Shown here: piece after piece, positions 43,821 through 47,739 of the stretch
Numbering within the stretch: the stretch's first letter is position 1
Layout of the letters: every line of letters starts with the position of its first letter
Origin: a virus
Taxonomy: Duplodnaviria; Caudoviricetes
IMG/VR virus record: IMGVR_UViG_3300044983_000133
Location: 1-47,739 of that record
Length of the DNA stretch: 47,739 nucleotides
Reading direction: 5' to 3' (one strand)
Notes under the pieces: model-generated
Told to the model about the DNA's origin: nothing
The model's database searches: none
Seen by the model: the letters and a program-made list of their open reading frames with translations, nothing else
Translations under genes and position numbers: made by a program

Positions 43821-44141
43821 CTACGGTGTCGGCGGTGCCGGCGTGAGGGCCGCCAAGATGCTGTCCGCCTTCGCGTCCAACTCGTCCAACTGCGCCTGCG
43901 TCACCGGACCCGTGCCCGCCGCGATCTGCGCCTTGAGGTCCGCGATCAGCTGTTTCTGCGCCGCCGAATCCGCCTTCACGCTGTCGACGGCGGTCTTGAT
44001 CTGGTCGAGTTCGTTGGAGAGTTCTTGTACCGTTGCCATGATTCTGCCTCCTTGAAAGATGAGCATGTCCAATTTCCCGTTGATGGTGTCGAGCCGATGA
44101 TCCGGCACGACATGGTGATACACGTCCATGCGAAGACTCAC
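43821..44141 (-). CDS. coiled-coil protein with a second in-frame start (MATVQ at 44039)
   Basis: GTGA overlap; internal AGGAGG RBS. Confidence 0.7.
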   Translation of the reverse strand: MSLRMDVYHHVVPDHRLDTINGKLDMLIFQGGRIMATVQELSNELDQIKTAVDSVKADSAAQKQLIADLKAQIAAGTGPVTQAQLDELDAKADSILAALTPAPPTP

Positions 44142-44473
44142 GCTGTTGCCTTTCGTCGCGGCGTCACCGCGAAGGCTGGCGTACGAACGAACGACTCGTG
44201 AGGTCGTGGATGGAAGTCACTGAACCATCGCACTCCAGCATCGATGCTGTCGAATGGCCCGGCGATCAGTTCTACCGAATTATCACCGTTACGCCGCCAC
44301 ACCCACGCCTGACCGTCCTCAACGCTTGGCCCTATGTCCCACGTGCCGCCCGCCTTAAAATCGCGGTCAACTAAGACCAAACGCTCGAACTGGCGCCGCC
44401 GACGCTTCGGATAACCGGCGCGTAGAACTGCGCTACCACCAGTCAACGCGCCAACGAATTGCCGCCGATTCAC
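44138..44473 (-). CDS. twin-arginine-leader protein 1
   Basis: MNRRQFVGALTGG; GGAGG RBS. Confidence 0.7.
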   Translation of the reverse strand: MNRRQFVGALTGGSAVLRAGYPKRRRRQFERLVLVDRDFKAGGTWDIGPSVEDGQAWVWRRNGDNSVELIAGPFDSIDAGVRWFSDFHPRPHESFVRTPAFAVTPRRKATA

Positions 44474-44663
44474 GTTTTTGCCTCCGTGCTGAGCTGAATC
44501 CGCTCGAACCGCCGGTCGCCCGATGAATCCTTACCGGAGGCGCTGGTGTCAGATTCCCCAGCCAATATAGCCACTCGATACGAGCCAGGGCCGGCTTCTG
44601 GCACCCGAAGCACCAGCGCTGTTCATCCCAACCGAGCGGTCGTCCACAATCAGCACACGGCAT
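44433..44663 (-). CDS. small Zn-finger protein
   Basis: CADC-x11-CFGC; TGATG overlap. Confidence 0.55.
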   Translation of the reverse strand: MPCADCGRPLGWDEQRWCFGCQKPALARIEWLYWLGNLTPAPPVRIHRATGGSSGFSSARRQKRESAAIRWRVDWW

Positions 44664-44761
44664 CAGTTACCGCTCCGCGCGTGTCGGTTCCACACCACCA
44701 CCAAGATCACGCTGCAGACCAAGACGTAAGTGACGAGATCGCACGGGCCAGAGAACCACAC
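44663..44761 (-). CDS. 32-aa single-TM micropeptide (not in ORF track)
   Basis: MWFSGPCDLVTYVLVCSVILVVVWNRHARSGN; GGAGG RBS; TGATG overlap. Confidence 0.55.
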   Translation of the reverse strand: MWFSGPCDLVTYVLVCSVILVVVWNRHARSGN

Positions 44762-44764
44762 GGC

Positions 44765-46120
44765 TCAGTAGCCTCCACGCCTTCCCACCCGTCCCGCGAT
44801 GCCAATCCGTCGTCCAATGTGTCGCCCTGACGTGATCCGATCGTCGGGGTCATGGTCGATTTGCAAGCGCCGCAGATCCTCCTGCGGACGCCGACGCTTC
44901 ACGTAGTGCCGATACGCCAATCCTCGAAACGCATCCGAGCCATGCGACGCCCAATCGTGGACGGGCAACGGTCGCCCGGTTGGGTCCTGCACGTTCGGAA
45001 CCTTCCACCGATAGTTGTGCAGCGCTTCGAGCCCGTCACGGCAGCGATCGGCTTCGAACCAGCACCGCGGCAACAGCATGCGGACGGCGTGAATCCCGTC
45101 TTCGATCCGTTCCACTTTGGGCGAGATCAGGAAGTTCAGCCCGAGCTGTCGCGACGCTTGGAGCCGGCTGTTGCCGGACATCTCCTTAAGCGCGATGTCG
45201 TGGGGTGCCCAATGGTCCCCGTAGGCGTAGCCCTTGCCGCGCAGGAGCGAGACGAAATACGGTAAGCCTTCTGCCGCTTCGGCGTAGTCGATCAATCGCA
45301 CTTCGCCGGTTGGAAACGTCTGCGAAAACCACACAGCGGTCAGATCGCCAAACCCCAAGTCCCAATCGGTGTCCACCAAGACGGCCGGATCGTAGGGAAT
45401 ACGCGTCATCCGCCCTTGCTCGCGTGCCTGGATGAGTTCGCGCGCGTAGATCGCGCCCTTCACTGACGCCTCAAACGAACACTCGTATTCCTGCTGATAC
45501 TCGTCCGCCGTCATCACTTGCCGAGCGGATGCGAGTTCCTCCGCGCTCAACACACCCGTCTGACTCGCCTTGTATTCGGCGAAGAACCAGTCGGGATCGT
45601 CCCGTGCCTGCTGGACCACGTTGTAGAACTGATTCTTGCCGTTCGGCGTGCCCATGAACAGCGCCCAGCCGCCACGATCCGACAGCATCGGCCGCACGAC
45701 TTCGGAGAACGTCTTCGGCGGCATCAACCCGTACTCGTCCAGTACGACGCCATCGAAGTACATGCCGCGCAGCGAATCTGGGTTATCGGCGCCAAACAGC
45801 CGCACTTGGCTGGCGTTCTGGGCGAAGTCCACGCGGAGTTCCGATTCGTTCACGTCGTGGTCCAACACGGGCTGAGCGAAGTGCTTGACGTAGTCCCACG
45901 TGACAGCCTTGGCTTGCTTGTACGTGGGCGCGATGTAGGCGAACCGAGGACGCTCACGCGTGGCACGCATCGCACACTTCTGCAAGTGATTGACCGCGCA
46001 GACGGTCTTGCCGAAGCGGCGATGGCAGACGACGGCGCCCCAGCGGTGCGTCTCCATCCCGGCATGGATGACCTTCTGGAAGGGTCGCGGTCGGTACGGG
46101 ATGGTGATGGCAGCGGTCAC
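44765..46120 (-). CDS. terL: terminase large subunit
   Basis: Walker A CHRRFGKT; Walker B GVVLDE; GTPNGKN; nuclease WDLG and HDWASHGSDAFR. Confidence 0.95.
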   Translation of the reverse strand: MTAAITIPYRPRPFQKVIHAGMETHRWGAVVCHRRFGKTVCAVNHLQKCAMRATRERPRFAYIAPTYKQAKAVTWDYVKHFAQPVLDHDVNESELRVDFAQNASQVRLFGADNPDSLRGMYFDGVVLDEYGLMPPKTFSEVVRPMLSDRGGWALFMGTPNGKNQFYNVVQQARDDPDWFFAEYKASQTGVLSAEELASARQVMTADEYQQEYECSFEASVKGAIYARELIQAREQGRMTRIPYDPAVLVDTDWDLGFGDLTAVWFSQTFPTGEVRLIDYAEAAEGLPYFVSLLRGKGYAYGDHWAPHDIALKEMSGNSRLQASRQLGLNFLISPKVERIEDGIHAVRMLLPRCWFEADRCRDGLEALHNYRWKVPNVQDPTGRPLPVHDWASHGSDAFRGLAYRHYVKRRRPQEDLRRLQIDHDPDDRITSGRHIGRRIGIAGRVGRRGGY

Positions 46121-46371
46121 TCCTGCCACTGATACGGAATCGGCCCGCCACCAGGCCCCGCATGTTCCAAGCGCTCAATCGGCTTGCCGTAGGCGTAATG
46201 CCAAGTCATTGCTTCTAGAGCTGGCGCAAGTTGACCGACAGCGAGCCGATGCTTGAAGTACGTCTGATACTCCGGGTCTTCGATCAGCGCGCGGCACTTC
46301 GCTTCGACTTCAGCGGTCGCGCGATTCGGCGTGCCCGCTTTCCGGCCGCCGGTCTTTCGACCTTTTGCCAT
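46117..46371 (-). CDS. terS: terminase small subunit
   Basis: KTGGRKAGTPN...YGKP...EHAGPGGGPI; overlaps the terL start. Confidence 0.8.
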   Translation of the reverse strand: MAKGRKTGGRKAGTPNRATAEVEAKCRALIEDPEYQTYFKHRLAVGQLAPALEAMTWHYAYGKPIERLEHAGPGGGPIPYQWQE

Positions 46372-46447
46372 CTACTCGGTCTACTTTGGAGAAATCCGAC
46401 TCGGACGAGTCTGGACGAAGGGCTTTGCGAAGTAAAGGGAGGGAGGA

Positions 46448-46639
46448 CTAGCGGTAGCGCGAAATCTCCGCAACGACGGATCGTGGAGGCGCAATTGCGG
46501 GGCGCTCGATGCGTTCCAGTGTCCAGAAGCGTTTCTGGCACCCGAGGCATTTGCGGCGCCGACGAACGCCATCCACGTTGTGTCGGTCACGGGTCGACAA
46601 CACTTTGGAGGCTGAGCGTCCACAGTGAGGACAGTTCAC
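46448..46639 (-). CDS. NrdR-type Zn-ribbon protein (no ATP cone)
   Basis: CPHCG...SKVLSTR...VRRRRKC..C.KRF.T.E. Confidence 0.8.
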   Translation of the reverse strand: MNCPHCGRSASKVLSTRDRHNVDGVRRRRKCLGCQKRFWTLERIERPAIAPPRSVVAEISRYR

Positions 46640-46652
46640 CGCTGGCGCCTCC

Positions 46653-46847
46653 TCACGGCTCCTGCTCGGGCCGCGGGGAGGGAACTCGTTGAGCTAATCC
46701 GGGTTGCCATAAGAATACAGCAGTCGGACAGATCAGCGTCTCACCGCTTACCAGCTGACCATCCGAATAGTTTACGGCGTAATGCTGCCGACGCGGGCGA
46801 CTACACCGCGCGCATAGGTCAGCTGCTTCGTCTCGCGTCTCAGGCAT
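46653..46847 (-). CDS. hypothetical protein
   Basis: GGAG RBS; CARC....H...C. Confidence 0.55.
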   Translation of the reverse strand: MPETRDEAADLCARCSRPRRQHYAVNYSDGQLVSGETLICPTAVFLWQPGLAQRVPSPRPEQEP

Positions 46848-46865
46848 CTCGGCTACTCCGCAGGC

Positions 46866-47093
46866 TCACCGTAACCACTTCTGTCTGAACGCTTTCCAGC
46901 GCGCAATCATCGCGTCGGCGAGTTCGATGCGCTCCGCGTCAGTCCACATGTCGGCATCGTCATACCCGTAGTCGTCCGCGTTCTCACCAAACACTTCGTA
47001 GGCGATCGAATCGTAGCCAGCAGAGACTTCACCATCACTGCTCAGCCCGACGCGCTTGTTCTTCGAGAGAAAACCGGTAACTCGTTCGCTCAT
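46866..47093 (-). CDS. hypothetical protein
   Basis: GYD...T..ER.ELAD.MI.RW..F motif; GGAG RBS. Confidence 0.65.
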   Translation of the reverse strand: MSERVTGFLSKNKRVGLSSDGEVSAGYDSIAYEVFGENADDYGYDDADMWTDAERIELADAMIARWKAFRQKWLR

Positions 47094-47098
47094 CTCGG

Positions 47099-47437
47099 CT
47101 ACTCCGTCGGATCGGGAGGGGCGGCAACTGCAGCCAGTTCGTCAGCGCAGCGCGTGATCGATTCCATCTTGCCGAGCAAGTAGACGCCGCGATCCGTCAG
47201 CCGCTCGTGCTGCTCGCGCTCAGATTCAGCCTTCCGCGATCGTTCGCGCCACTTCGTGATCAACTGCTCACGTGCCTGTTCAAGGGCCTGGATCCGCTGC
47301 TGGGCCTCGGCAAGGTGCCGTTCGGCGTCATTGGCTCGAAGGCTCAGCCGCTCTGCGTAGGCGTGCGTGTCTCGCACCTCGCGTCGCAACTGCTCGATAT
47401 AGTCGGCCAGCGCTTCACTTCGGTGTTCGCTCAACAT
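47099..47437 (-). CDS. coiled-coil hypothetical protein
   Basis: AGGAGGAG RBS; heptads. Confidence 0.65.
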   Translation of the reverse strand: MLSEHRSEALADYIEQLRREVRDTHAYAERLSLRANDAERHLAEAQQRIQALEQAREQLITKWRERSRKAESEREQHERLTDRGVYLLGKMESITRCADELAAVAAPPDPTE

Positions 47438-47438
47438 C

Positions 47439-47702
47439 TCACTCCTCCTGCGGGCTGGATCGACTCGGAGGGACGACTAAGCTGCATTTCGGACACAAAT
47501 CGCGGCCGAGCGGAAACGTCCAACCCTTAGCCGCCAACTGCTCGCGAGCATCTTCACGACCGATCGCAGAGAAGCCCTGCCAACGTCCGCATTCGTCGCA
47601 CGTCATGTTGCCGCCGCCTACAATATCGAGCAGCGATACGAGACCTTCACGCGGCAACCAGCGGCGTTCCTCATCCGGTTCGTGCAATCGATCGTCGTTC
47701 AT
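47439..47702 (-). CDS. hypothetical protein with a C4 Zn finger
   Basis: CDEC...KGW...DLCPKC; start overlaps the RHH gene stop across the junction. Confidence 0.65.
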   Translation of the reverse strand: MNDDRLHEPDEERRWLPREGLVSLLDIVGGGNMTCDECGRWQGFSAIGREDAREQLAAKGWTFPLGRDLCPKCSLVVPPSRSSPQEE

Positions 47703-47739
47703 CGCGGCTCCTCCGGCGCGGTCGGCTCCTGAGAGGCGA
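47613..47739. repeat. 127-bp terminal overlap, right copy
   Basis: Identical to 1-127. Confidence 0.97.

Noticed and set aside
47613-47739. Physical terminal repeat of the virion DNA
   Set aside because: Its length equals a standard assembly k-mer and it falls mid-operon, so it is better explained as a circularisation overlap
1-47739. CRISPR array, diversity-generating retroelement, retron, IS element or alternative genetic code
   Set aside because: I saw no repeat-spacer array, reverse transcriptase or transposase, and genes tile densely under the standard code using all three stop codons

Overview
The window is one apparently complete, circularly assembled, GC-rich temperate phage genome of about 47.6 kb. 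Bases 1-127 recur exactly at 47613-47739. Gene content points to a short-tailed (podovirus-type) Caudoviricetes phage: terminase, portal, GroES-like co-chaperonin, scaffold, major capsid, tail tubular proteins, fibres and internal virion proteins are present, with no tape-measure gene. A central switch has a leftward leaderless Xis/AlpA-like gene that starts the early/replication operon, and a rightward XRE repressor plus tyrosine integrase. An intact attP follows, made of the 3' 49 nt of a tRNA-Thr(CGT), paired arm sites and an IHF consensus box. Nearly all other genes are on the minus strand. An Acidobacteriota-like host is a tentative inference from my recall of protein families, not from a search. 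The most unusual signals are: (1) two paralogous 172-174 nt tRNA-like non-coding RNAs, each behind its own -10 element, antisense inside the lysis region; (2) four small ORFs starting with twin-arginine-like MNRRxF leaders between terminase and portal; (3) a small ORF nested in the repressor gene that copies the repressor's first helix; (4) a 32-aa prepilin-like micropeptide; (5) a roughly 270-nt structured leader ahead of the capsid genes; (6) a PAP2 phosphatase, a head-module glycosyltransferase and a GroES with an insertion of about 40 aa. All family calls are by eye from motifs and synteny; no database was searched.
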